Under the pieces are notes generated by a model that was not told the origin of the DNA, did not search any database, and saw nothing but the letters and a program-made list of their open reading frames with translations. Below, in pieces: positions 23,601-34,927 of a stretch of DNA of 64,000 nt (the first letter of the stretch is position 1; each line of letters opens with the position of its first letter). The stretch is taken from the NCBI RefSeq assembly GCF_000143415.4, contig NW_003314280.1:744001-808000 (forward strand), read 5' to 3'. The stretch comes from Selaginella moellendorffii. Taxonomy: Eukaryota > Plantae > Lycopodiophyta. A program made the position numbers and the translations under genes.

Positions 23601-26344
23601 ATGCGCAAGAACAGGAAGGCCATGCTCTTGGCGCTGTGGATTCTATGGATTTCTCTGGCTGGAGTGTGCGCGGCGGCGGCGGCATCGGATGCTCAACCCG
23701 AGATTACTGCAGCGGCAGCTCCTCCCGCCGGCAAGGAGGGTACTCTGGCGGAAATGTTCGATCGGGTGCTGGATAAGGAGTTCTCGGACAAGGAGGATCC
23801 GCAGGAAGGTGCATTCTCGTGATCTAGCTTCGTCTTTCTCATTTTTGCGTTGTGTTCTTCCAGGGAAAGTGGGCAGTAGCTTCAACAGTAGTGTGGCCGA
23901 TCAGCAGGTGGGTGGTTTTTCGCTGTCTCGAATCTCGATCGCTTGTTTGCTGAGGGATTTTTAAATTTTTTTTTTGAAGGCTGTGTTAGAGACTGTCGCT
24001 AGAGTAACTCACGATAAACAGAAGAAGAATGAGACGCAGGATCAGAAAAAGTACGTTGTGTGATCCTCCGTTCTTTTGTGGTTCTTTTGCTGACTATATG
24101 ATCATCTCTTTGCGACAGTGGAACCTCGAAACCATTCCAAATCCACGACGTTTTTAACTTGGATCCCGACAATGGGGCCGAAGAGCTGCCAACGCTGATT
24201 GACAAGAAGGTGCGTTTCCTGTGGAAGCTTATATGTTTGGCTTAGAATTTCCGTGTCTTTGCAGGACAATGTTTTTGTGATGTCAAACTCAAGATCCGGG
24301 CATATGGTACTTCAACAGGATCTTAGATTGATTTCCGACTTGGTGGTTGTGATTGTGTCCGCGGCCGTCGGAGGCATTTTATTTGCGTGCATGGGACAGC
24401 CGGTATGTCAGCTTTCCTCTCTTATTCCAGCTTGGTTTATATATTCGCCTTTCGTGACAGGTTATCACTGGATATTTATTAGCGGGGTCCATAATCGGGC
24501 CTGGTGGGCTATGCATTGTTAGCGAGCTTGTACAGGTACTTGCAACTCATACTCGGTTTTTATTTCTTTTCACCTTTCTTTTTTCTATCAGGTGCAAACT
24601 GTGGCTGAATTTGGGGTGGTCTTCCTACTTTTTGCCCTGGGCCTTGAGTTTTCTTCCTCGAAGGTAAGTGGACAAAGAAGTTCTTCTTCTCTTTGAAGTG
24701 TTGATCACAGTGGAAACTGTTTACAGCTTCGTGTCGTTAAGGGAGTCGCTGTCTTTGGTGGTCTTATTCAAATCCTGCTTTTTATGTGCCTGTGCGGTTT
24801 CGCTGCTATGGTAGGTCTCGAATTCTATTCACAGAAGGTAGAGTTGTAACGTCGTTGCATTTTGGTGGCCAGATTTTTGGTGCGAACATCTCAGAGGGAG
24901 TTTTTGTTGGTGCTTTCCTTTCGATGTCATCCACAGCAGTGGTATAATTTTGTTTAGGTAGTACCTAATAGCGGACGCTATTGAGCTACTCATCGAATTT
25001 GCATTCTTTTTACAGGTGTTGAAATTTTTGATGGAAAGAAACAGTGTGAGCCTCCTGTATGGACAAATAACTGTTGGAACACTAATTCTTCAGGTAAAAC
25101 ACGTTTTGTTTCTTTAGAGAGGTTTGTACAAATCATCGAACGTTAGGATTGTGCTGTTGGTATATTGTTTGCTTTGCTCCCGGTACTCGGAGGAGAGAGC
25201 GGGATGATTCAGGGAGCTTTGTCCATTATTAGAGGGTAAGCTGTCGTTCGTAATTTTTTTCTCGAGAGTTAACTGTGATGTTTCAGGTTGATAGTTCTCT
25301 CAGCGTTCATTTTGTTGACGGCATTCACCGCGCGTTCTCTTCTTCCGAGAGGCATGAAATCGTTAATGCGCCTGTCCACTATGGTAATGGATTTTCTCTA
25401 CACTTCTTAAGTTTAACTTAGCTCGTGCAGACAAACGAGCTCTATCAATTAGCAGCGGTTGCATTTTGCTTGTTCGTAGCTTGGGTAAGTTCGAGAAGAT
25501 GATACATTTGCAATAAATCTTTTGTTTCATTCTTTTCAGACAAGTGATAAACTGGGGCTCAGTTTTGAATTAGGAGCGTTCACAGCAGGCGTTATGGTTT
25601 CCACGACGGATTTCTCTGAGCACACACTTCATCAGGTCTGCGCTCAAGTAGCTCGCTCGTCTTTCTCCTGACAAGGATATATATTCAGGTGGAACCGATC
25701 CGAAATTTGTTTACGGCGCTTTTCCTTGCAAGCATTGGAATGCTTATCAACGTCAGCTTCCTCTGGACGCATATTGATATTCTCGTCGCATCGTTGGTTC
25801 TTGTACTGGTATCGAAGCTTTTCGTGATATCTGTGGTAGTCAAGGCTTTTGGTTACAACACCAGAACCGCATTGATGGTACGTGAATCCGTGACACTTTG
25901 GAAGCTAAACGTTTTCTCTCTCGTTCAAGGTTGGAATCTCGTTAGCGCAAGTTGGAGAGTTCGCTTTTGTGTTGCTCAGTCGCGCGTGGAACCTCCACCT
26001 TTTACAGGTGAAAACTATTTAACATCCATTCTGCCTCCTAACAGTGTCATTCGTTGCAGAAAAAGCTCTACTTGCTTCTTCTGGGCACCACAGCTCTTAG
26101 TTTGGTAAGCTCAAAGAACTCGTTCCAGGCATTGTTTTTCTAAACGAAGCTGTGATCGCTGGCAGGTTACGACCCCTCTATTCTTTAGAATAGTCCCCGT
26201 GATACTCAAGATAGGCACTATAATGAAGTGGTTTCCAGAGTCTACGCAAGTGGAAGTAAGTGATTGTTTTATGAAAAGTTGGCCGGAAGCTCACTCGGTC
26301 ATTCTTCACAGATCCCTGCCGAGAATGAGGAGTTTCCCTTGTGA
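23601..26344 (+). CDS. KEA: K+ efflux antiporter, KEA4/5/6 clade (about 20 short exons)
   Basis: Signal peptide, TLAEMFDRVLDKEF, DNVFVMSN..LQQDLRLISDLVVVIVSAA, VITGYLLAGSIIGPGG, EFGVVFLLFALGLEFS, EPIRNLFTALFLASIG and SLAQVGEFAFVLLSRA. Last exon ends at TGA 26342-26344. Confidence 0.92.
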
Positions 26345-26457
26345 TCCAAGATCCAAGATCCAAGACTGCGATGTACAGTAATGAGCGTGAAAAGTTTATT
26401 CGTTCGCATTAAGAAAAGGAAATTTACAAGAGTAAACTTTCGAGCTGAAACTTGCGT

Positions 26458-26771
26458 TTAGCTGATGGGAATCTCGACAGTCCTGGGCTTCTGTGGCTCG
26501 GGCGGGATCTTTGGCACAGTGACAGTGAGGACGCCGTCCTGGCAGCTCGCGGTGATTTGCTCCACATTGGCGTCTCCCGGCAGCGTGAACCTCCTCATGA
26601 ACTTGGCGGCCCTGCGCTCCATCCGGATGAACTTGGTGTCTTCGTCAGCTTTCTCGTCTCTCTTTCGCTTGCCAGTGATGGACAAGACATTGTCATTCTC
26701 GACCTCCACCTGGAAGAACAATCCCAACCATGATATAAGATATAAGATCAAGAAAAAACTATCGAGTATAG

Positions 26772-26814
<43 letters not shown>

Positions 26815-27053
26815 GAGAGATCGTTGGGATTGAAATCTCTTACCTTGATATCGGATTTGGAGAGGCCGGGCATGTCAGCTTCGAAGATGTAGGACGAGGA
26901 ATTCTCCTTGACATCCACCGCAGTGGCAGCCACGGCCTTGGATTCGGCAGCGTACCTCCTGGCGGGAGGATGGGGGAGATGCTTGTCAAAATCCTCGGCA
27001 TGCATCAGCCCATTGGTGAGCAATGCCGTCGCGAGCTGCGCCAAATCCACCAT
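26458..27053 (-). CDS. Small heat-shock protein (~17 kDa, cytosolic class II/III-like)
   Basis: Exons 27053-26844 and 26709-26458. Alpha-crystallin domain [61 protein letters not shown]. Confidence 0.95.
26775..26820. repeat. Compound (TG)n(AG)n microsatellite in the sHSP intron
   Basis: Direct reading. Confidence 0.9.
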
Positions 27054-27142
27054 GATCGCGATCGATTGACCAAAATGCTGCCCTAAGAAATCCCTGTTGG
27101 ATGAGAAACGAATCGATAACCTCAGCTTCGCATTCCGGGCTG

Positions 27143-27200
27143 TTTATAGCCGCGCGTGAAAACTCGCGAAGTAGCTAGAACTCTCTAGAGTCTAGAGAGA
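27143..27200 (-). promoter_or_regulatory. TATA box and degenerate heat-shock elements of the sHSP
   Basis: TATAAA on the minus strand at ~27143-27148. Imperfect nGAAn/nTTCn array (CGAAGTAGCTAGAACTCTCTAGAGTCTAGAG) upstream. Confidence 0.55.
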
Positions 27201-27311
27201 AGACTTGTGATTCGAGCCCGCGACCGAAGCGTCACGGGATCTCCACCGTCAGATTCTGACGGCCAAGATCACTTTCATTCAAACATTAGGGTAAGATGAA
27301 ACAAGCTTTCT

Positions 27312-29330
27312 ATGCTTAAGGGCGGCAATAGGAGGACTGGGAGGAGAGCGAAGGCGGCGAGCTTGCAGTGCCTCAGCGACGCGATCGATAGCTTGGAGAA
27401 GCGATCTTCTCCGCCGGACTCGGATTTCTACGCGGCGCTGGTCCGCTACTGCGGCGATTGCCAGGCGCTCCCCCACGGCCGCCGTGTCCACGCTCACCTC
27501 CAGGATCACGGCTATGGCCGCAACAGGTTCCTCGGCAATCTCCTCATCCAGATGTATGGCAAATGCGGGAGCCTCGCCGACGCGCGCGCGGTCTTCTCCC
27601 ACATGCCCTGCAAGAACAGGTATTCCTGGGCGATTCTCATGGCGGCCTGCAATGCCTGCGCTGGGAATGGCTGGGAGACGGTCGATCTCTTCCATCTCAT
27701 GGATCTTGATGGAATCCGGCCCGACACCGTGAATTTCGTCAATGCGCTCACGGCGTGCTCGTTTGCGGGCGCGCTGGCCGAGGGCCGGGCGCTCCACGCG
27801 AGGATCGGAGCGCTGGGGATGCTGAGCGACAGATTCGTGGCGTGCGCGCTCATCAGCATGTATGGCCGCTGCAAGGATCTGGAAGACGCCAAGGCAGTGT
27901 TTGATTCAATGGCCGACAGGGATCTCATCACCTGGAACGCGATGCTTGCTGCGTATGCCCAGAACGGGCATTGCAAGGAAGCGCTGGATTTCTACCGGCA
28001 GTTCGATCGTCACGGGGTGGCTCCAGACAACGTCACTTACATCACTCTCCTCTACGCTTGCTCCTGCCTCGAGGATCTGGAAGAGGGGATGAGGATCCAC
28101 TCGCTGCTCCCACCTGCCGTGATCGACGAAGACATCGTCCTGGCGAACGCGCTGGTGACGATGTACTTCCGGTGCCAGAGGATGGATCTCGCCGAGCAAA
28201 CGTTCGAGCGGATCACCAACAAGGACTACGCGAGCTGGAACGTGATGATCTCGGGGAATGCGCAATGCGGGCAGGCCAGGAACGCGCTGGCGCTCTACAG
28301 GAGGATGAATCTCGAGGGATTCGAGGCCGGGGACGTGACCTTCATGAGCGTGCTGGATGCGTGCTGCCTCGTCAAGGATCTGGGCGAGGGCCGCCGTGTC
28401 CACGCTTGGGCGAGGAGCACTGGATCGGACCAGCAAATTCTCGTCGGCACCAATCTGGTAAACATGTATGGCAAATGCGGCAGCGTGGAGGAAGCTCGCG
28501 AGGTGTTCTTGGGACTCAGGAGGAAGACGCTAGTTACCTGGACGGCCATGATCGCGGCATATGCCCAAAACGGGCATTCTCGGGAGGCGCTGGATCTCTT
28601 CTACGAGCTCGAGCGGGAGGAATGCGGCAAGGATCTGGACAACATAGCGCTCATCACGATCGTGGATGCATGCGCGAAGATTGGAGATTTGGGCGAGGGA
28701 AGGGAGCTCCACCGGCGGATCATCCAGCACAGGGTGGAGTCGGACATCGTCGTGTGCAACGCGCTCATCACCATGTACAACAAGTGCGGGAGCCTCGCCG
28801 GCGCCCGAGAGATCTTCCAGAGCATCCAAGGTCCCAACATCATCTCCTGGAACGCCATGCTCGCCTCCTACTGCGAGCACGGATCGAACGCGGCGGCGCT
28901 GGAGCTCTTTGCGCGGATGGTGAACGATGGCTGCCCGCCCGACGATATAACGTTTGTGAGCATACTGTTTGCTTGCAGCCATGCTGGGCTTTTCGAGCAG
29001 GGGTGGCAGCACTTTGTGTCCATGAGGGATGACTTTGGGGTGGTGGGCAAGTTTGAGCACTACGTTTGCATGGCCGATTTGCTTGGGCGGTCGGGGTGGC
29101 TGGACGAGGCCGAGGTGCTGCTCGACGGGGCGCCTTACAGGAGTGCTGCCACGGCATGGAACACTCTTCTTAGTGCTTGCAAAATGCATCAGAACTTAGG
29201 AAAGGGCGAGCGAATTGCCGAGAGGATACTGGAGCTGGATCCACAGGTTGCTGGCTCTTATGTCCAGCTCTCTAACATGTATAAGGTTAGTAGGGGATGC
29301 AATAGCAAAACTGATTCATACATTTGCTGA
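27312..29330 (+). CDS. PLS-class PPR protein with E domain, no DYW (candidate RNA-editing factor)
   Basis: Intronless 672 aa. Repeated MYGKCG..AR.VF / WNAM.AAYAQNGH motifs, ACSHAG, HYVCMADLLGRSGWLDEAE and SYVQLSNMY. Confidence 0.95.
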   Translation: MLKGGNRRTGRRAKAASLQCLSDAIDSLEKRSSPPDSDFYAALVRYCGDCQALPHGRRVHAHLQDHGYGRNRFLGNLLIQMYGKCGSLADARAVFSHMPCKNRYSWAILMAACNACAGNGWETVDLFHLMDLDGIRPDTVNFVNALTACSFAGALAEGRALHARIGALGMLSDRFVACALISMYGRCKDLEDAKAVFDSMADRDLITWNAMLAAYAQNGHCKEALDFYRQFDRHGVAPDNVTYITLLYACSCLEDLEEGMRIHSLLPPAVIDEDIVLANALVTMYFRCQRMDLAEQTFERITNKDYASWNVMISGNAQCGQARNALALYRRMNLEGFEAGDVTFMSVLDACCLVKDLGEGRRVHAWARSTGSDQQILVGTNLVNMYGKCGSVEEAREVFLGLRRKTLVTWTAMIAAYAQNGHSREALDLFYELEREECGKDLDNIALITIVDACAKIGDLGEGRELHRRIIQHRVESDIVVCNALITMYNKCGSLAGAREIFQSIQGPNIISWNAMLASYCEHGSNAAALELFARMVNDGCPPDDITFVSILFACSHAGLFEQGWQHFVSMRDDFGVVGKFEHYVCMADLLGRSGWLDEAEVLLDGAPYRSAATAWNTLLSACKMHQNLGKGERIAERILELDPQVAGSYVQLSNMYKVSRGCNSKTDSYIC

Positions 29331-29489
29331 TACTTCTCTGAAGCCAAGCATATTCTTTGAATAGCCCAGTTGCATGCAGGTTAAAGTATGCTTGGTTTTA
29401 CCACCAAATTGATAAAGATAAAGGAAAGTGCGTGTGTATAAATATACATGTCTTTTTGTCATTTGGTTATTGATAATAGATAAATTGTA

Positions 29490-29912
29490 ATGAGGAAATA
29501 TTTTTCAGTAGTTTTCTATTTATCTTATCTGGTAAACCAAGCATACTCAATGAGTGATGGATATAAATGGAGATGTTTACCTTATTCTTTACAAGATGCT
29601 AAAGAAGAGATTTGTAGATGTGAAGATGATATTTTCCATGCCCTTAATCAAAATCGCACTGGAAGAATATCATTTATCCATGGTTTTGTAAGAGTAACTG
29701 CTTATATTGGGATACATAGTAGTGAAACTCCAAATGACTTAAATGAAGCTTTGAACATAATATGGGATAAATGTATAACACCGTTTAATAAAGGTGGAGG
29801 TGTATATCTGAATAATGGGTCACTCAATGTGAGAATTGAGGTAACAAGAAGAACTGAGTTATCTCTAGAGGTTTCAGCAAATTATACATTTACCAAATTA
29901 AATTGCTACTAA
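29490..29912 (+). CDS. Small AT-rich, putatively secreted Cys-containing protein of unknown function
   Basis: Open 140-aa ORF in very AT-rich DNA. Leader MRKYFSVVFYLSYLVNQAYS and five Cys. TATAAATA at ~29437 and AATAAA downstream. Confidence 0.7.
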   Translation: MRKYFSVVFYLSYLVNQAYSMSDGYKWRCLPYSLQDAKEEICRCEDDIFHALNQNRTGRISFIHGFVRVTAYIGIHSSETPNDLNEALNIIWDKCITPFNKGGGVYLNNGSLNVRIEVTRRTELSLEVSANYTFTKLNCY

Positions 29913-30699
29913 AATCTATTAAATAAATATAACTCAAATAAAAAAAATTATAAGAAAATTTATGACAGTATAATCTAATTGAAGTTACCCATATTTATCC
30001 TTATAATATAAATTCAATAATACTTTAATAATAAATTTTTATTAAAACAATTGATAGCAGTATAACTTCTAAACAGCTTACATTCAATTTATTTTCTTGT
30101 TACATCACCCCTAAACCTTGCCATTGCCTAATTCCCATCCCTTTAAAGTTATTTATAAGCATAAATTACCAAGATGTTTGAAGCACACTATAAAAATCTC
30201 TTGAACCACTATATTATGTCTCAAAGAATTTCTAATTTAAGACTCAAGTATGCTACAAATAATTAAAGATATAGAGGGATTCTATTATTATTTTTATCAT
30301 AATTTTTTGGGAGTTATAAAACATGATTTTAGATATTTTAAAGACTATCCCTGCCAACACTTTGAAATAATTATTGTCTTTGCTCTCGCCTCAATACCAT
30401 TCCTCACTTTATTAATTAGAATCCTCTTTACCCCCTCTAGACAAAAAAAAACAAATTAAATTTGAAGAAGAAACAATATGGAAGAGGAAAAAGTGAAAAA
30501 GAAAACTATATAAAAAGAGAATTCTGCCACACTTCCATGCTTTCTTTCTTTTGGGCATTTTGGTCCACATTTGTCGAGAGACAAAGAAAAGGAAGATTGT
30601 GTTGATGAGCAGCTATGTAGCAAAGAAAGAAAGTCATGGAACATGTCTCGGTTGCTTGCTTGCACGAGTCTCACTAGTCGAATTTAATTAACCTAGCTC

Positions 30700-31815
30700 C
30701 ATCAGTGGACATCCAGAGTACCCCATACACGTTGTGGTTGGATTGCGCGGCAACAAACCACACCACGTCAGTGAGGGAGCTCTTCATGACACTCCAGCCA
30801 TTTTCTGGTGAAGTGTTCCTCATGGATAATCGCCCGTTGCCAATTCTTGGTATTGGATCGATCCAGATTCAAGTTCCAGATGGCAAGGAGGTTGTAATTC
30901 GTGATGTGTGGTACGTTCCTCACTGGACACTCTCATTTCCATCGGTCAGATGGTGGAACAAGAGTTTTTGCTGCTTTTCTCAAGTACTGGAGTGGACAGC
31001 AATCATCCACGATATGGACCAGTGGCTTGGGCAATGAAGGTTGGCAGGCTTTTCAAGTTGGTTTGCTCCGTGCAAATCCTGAACCAGGTGATGGCGACAG
31101 TCCCTGTCACTTCCTCTTCAGGGGGAGCAGCAGATATTAACAAACTATTCACGAGATGTCACAAGCTCAAGTGTGGATGGTTTGCACATAAAATCCACCA
31201 GGATGCTCTGTGCGAGCCATGCCTTATGGGGAAGCAGCAGCAACATTATTTTTCTGGATCTTCCTTGTGCGGCTCAACCTTTGACACATATTTGTGAACC
31301 GTTTCATGTTCATCCAGACACGCCACAAAAAGAGATACTTCATTTCTTTTACTGACATGATACAAGATTTGCAGTGGTCGGATTCCTTTCCAGTCTTCCA
31401 TCCGACTCCTTGGAAGGATGAAGATGACGTTGGCCAGTAGCCTCTCCTCTCATCTGCTGATTCTTCAGGGGGGAGAATACACTTCAGCGGCGTCGTCACG
31501 CTCCATCTTCCCCAACTCGAGTGGGTGGGCGATCAACGTGACTTAGTTGTGGTCCCTCCAGCTCCAGCGATTCCAGATCCGTCTGGTCCTGAGCCATCTA
31601 CTGGTGTGAGGCGTTCTAGCCGGACTGTTCTGTACACACCGAAGGGAGCAGAGTATCATCAAGAGCTTGCAGAGAAGCGTGCTCGAGCTCAGGCACGAGC
31701 CTCTTATAATCCTCGTCTGTTTACTGCTGATGAGATTCAAGTTCCTTCGACAATTTTACAAGCTCAGAAGTCTCCTCAGGCGGCACAATGGCTGGCAGCT
31801 GTTGACGATGAGTCA
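30700..31815 (+). mobile_element. Ty1/copia retrotransposon relic (protease, pre-integrase, RT-leader fragments)
   Basis: LWLDCAATNHTT..LPILGIGSI..IRDVWYVP/LISIGQM, CEPCLMGKQ and VPSTILQAQKSPQAAQWLAAVDDE. Frameshifted and internally deleted. Confidence 0.85.
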
Positions 31816-33241
31816 ACGCAATCAAACGTCGTGAAAAACACAAGGCACTTCGACACAGGACAAATAAAATCATATGGCATTGAAGTCTAGTACTTGGGTG
31901 CCAAAGTGGAAGCTTCTACATTCTCACATTGCTGCAGAATGTGAACTGTATATGCTTAGCAGCTATAGAAGATGAAGGTTAGTGAAAGTAACCTCTGAGA
32001 TTGTCGTTACTACCACGACCACTACCACGACCTCGACCACCACCGCGACTGCCACTGCCACCGTCGACCTGGTTGCTGTCAGCACTTCGCGTTGTCCACG
32101 TTCATGTTTTCTAGAGCGAACTCTGTAACCAATGAAAGGATCTCTGTGCCTGGGAGGTCTTTCATTGCTAGTTGAATCATCTTCGGAGAGTTGTGGCTTG
32201 TCTTGGATCTGGATATTGGCATGAGTGGCGCCCGAAGAACTTCCAATGACGAAAGACTTTTCTGCAGCAGACATAGTCAACGATCATAGAAAAGAAAACC
32301 AGCACGACAAACCCGCAGTCTATCTAGCAAGATACACATTTGGATCGGCCCTGCACAAACAGCTTGAGTGTACTAGAAAGGAAACGCAGATCGACAAATC
32401 TAAAAACTCACGAACACCGCCAGCCAGTCCTGCAGCCATCCTAAATGAGTCACAACATATTGCCAGCCGAAAGTGTCGAAAACTTCTATCTGGGGGAAAA
32501 GTAATATGAAAAGGCACTGGCTTGCCTCTTGGCCCTTCCTTCCTGGATCTCTGGAAGGCATGCATGAAAAAAGAGACGAGTAGAGCAGCTCTTAACCTTC
32601 GTCGCCCGGAGCCGCATTCCCTTCACCGAAGGTCACATCACAACGAATTTCTTACTCGATCCCATATCTTTGCCGCATTTCCTCCTAAAGCTTGAGTCAG
32701 GTAGCGAGCTCCTCTGCGGCAATGATCTCATTGCAGTTCTCCACACGCGATTGCAATGGGAATCAGATCATGTTCTGGATAGTGGAATGTCTTTTCTGCC
32801 TACACCCGCTCCTCCCGATCTCATGATTACAAGCTCCCATCTCTTCAGAAAGAGGCTTAGCGATGGCAGCGAGCTGCCATCACTAAAGTGCATTTGTCCC
32901 TGGCAGCGTGCTGGAGACAGATTACGGGGCTGGAGCAAGAGCCATTTGCAGGCGACTTGTGGAGATGACAAGAGTCCAGTCAGTGACATTGCTATTGTGA
33001 AGCTTGGGGTGGGGGTAAGGCGGATCCCACCGGGCTTGCCTAAGAGCCGTTCATCATTTTCTTTGGTTGGCCACTGTTTGACAGTGGCCTATCCTGGGAA
33101 ATCTTTGTAGCTTTTACTAGAAATAAATTCTAAACAGTCAAAGCAATTATATGAAAACAGTAGTTAATATCTAGCAAAATACTAGGTGTTTCCTTGGTAC
33201 GACCACTTAACCCGGTCTGCCAACTTGTAAGATGATTGACC

Positions 33242-34280
33242 TCAGAGCAAGAGACGATCACCCTCGTCAGCGCCTATGTCTTGCTCCGCCGGAATGCAGG
33301 CAACTCCTGCACACGAAGGGTTCCTGGCCACTGCACCGCGGAAGAACTTCTCCGCCGTGGCCTTTTCATGGCCAGTTCTGGCCAAGCGCATTGCGAGCTG
33401 GAACGCGGACGCAGCCGTCTCGTCACTGAACACAACCTGTCCATGCTGCATCGCCGCGGAGTAGCTTCCCAGTGCCGCCCCATGCACCCACGCAAAGCTT
33501 GCATACATGTAGTTTCCGGTCTCCAAAGCCATGCGACCAACATCTCGGGTTGCTGACTGTTGAGCATCAAGGATCGCCGACAGGATCGCCTCATGAGCTT
33601 CCTTGCTCCTCCACTGTGCCAAAGCCAGCCAAGGGTGCGCCTCCCACCAAGCTGGATTCAATTCCAGAGCATGTTTTAGATAATGCGTGGCTTCCTTTGC
33701 AGGAGTCTGTGTACGCATCATATTCAGCTCCTCCCCCAGTATCAAAACGGCGAGTCTAGTCTCGACGAGGCAAAGCATGGCAGCATCCGTGCTCGTCTGG
33801 AGCTCGGCCAGCAGCTGATCCTTTGCCATGCCACGTCCAATCTCTCCATGGCGCTGTTGATCTCGTCGATGCAATCACTCGCTCTTGCAGCTTTTCCCAC
33901 GCCCAATCCAGCGGGAACCAGGTCCGACAGGCAACAATGAAGTTGGGGAGCCAGCAAAAGTCGCCGAAGTATCGGCCATAGTCGTAGTAGCCCCTGAGTG
34001 ATGCACTGTCAAGCAACTCATCCCACTTCTCCTTGGTGATATTCCCATACTTGTTGGAGAAGGCTTTAAAAAGCCGCTGAGCCTTGAAAACTTCTACATG
34101 GCTCGGCTGCTTGAACGAAGTAGCGACGCTCTTCGCTGCCGGCCATTCTGGCTCACCTGAAGAAGAAGGACCGACCATCATAGCAAAGGCCGCCCGGCTC
34201 AGATTGGTTTCCGTAACGCTTCGGGACACGTGGCCGTTGCATGGTGAATCGTACATAGGATTTTGGTTGCATTTTTCCAT
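33242..34280 (-). pseudogene. Degenerate TPR-containing gene fragment(s)
   Basis: TPR-like helices (HYLKHALELNPAWWEAHPWLALAQW; AEKFFRGAVARNP) in one frame, preceded by another broken frame (LFKAFSNKYGNITKEKWDELL). No coherent gene model. Confidence 0.4.
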
Positions 34281-34927
34281 TATTTTCTACAGCTCGAGAC
34301 ATAAAGGCATCTGCATGAAAGCTGTTCATAAATTATATCTTGGATCTTCAGGCCTTAGATCTTCCAGCTGATGCAGACTGCGACATGAGCTCGTGGGAAA
34401 ATCTTCGAACTTTGAGAGAAGTTCTTTCCAACTCATTCGTCACTTTGGATCTGCGACAGGTGCTGTTGGCCACACACGAGTTCTGGATCTTCGCATAAAT
34501 CTTGTGTCTAAGCTCTGAGCCTCAAAAGAGTAAGCGGACCTCGTCCCTCTGTCGAGTGAGTTGAAAGAGGCTTGTATCCACAGTCCCGGAGTTACGTGCT
34601 AATTCGCATCTATTCGCCGACACTCCCATCGCCAGGGATCAGAACCAGAACAAGTTTTCGTGTAGATTGCCAAGTTGGGGTCGCTCTAATGAGGATGTTT
34701 TAGGATATTACTCTTTTCATTCCAGTTGCGTATTACCGAATCATATAAACTTGGAATTTATTTGAAGTAAACGCTACAAAGATTGAGCTCAAAGCTTTTG
34801 GTAACCCTGGTCACGTGGTCAAGACCGGTCAAGTAGTCACAGCTGGCACTTTAAATGTTGAGAACTTGCCTGATGGAGGTTTGGCCAGCGGTAACTTGGA
34901 TTTCGAATGCTAGACAAGAAAATGTAT

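Noticed and set aside
23470-23601. Operon-like coupling of SelO and KEA (130-bp gap)
   Set aside because: A TATA-like CTATTTAAAT near 23556 and a GA-rich leader suggest an independent promoter. Tight spacing is general in this window.
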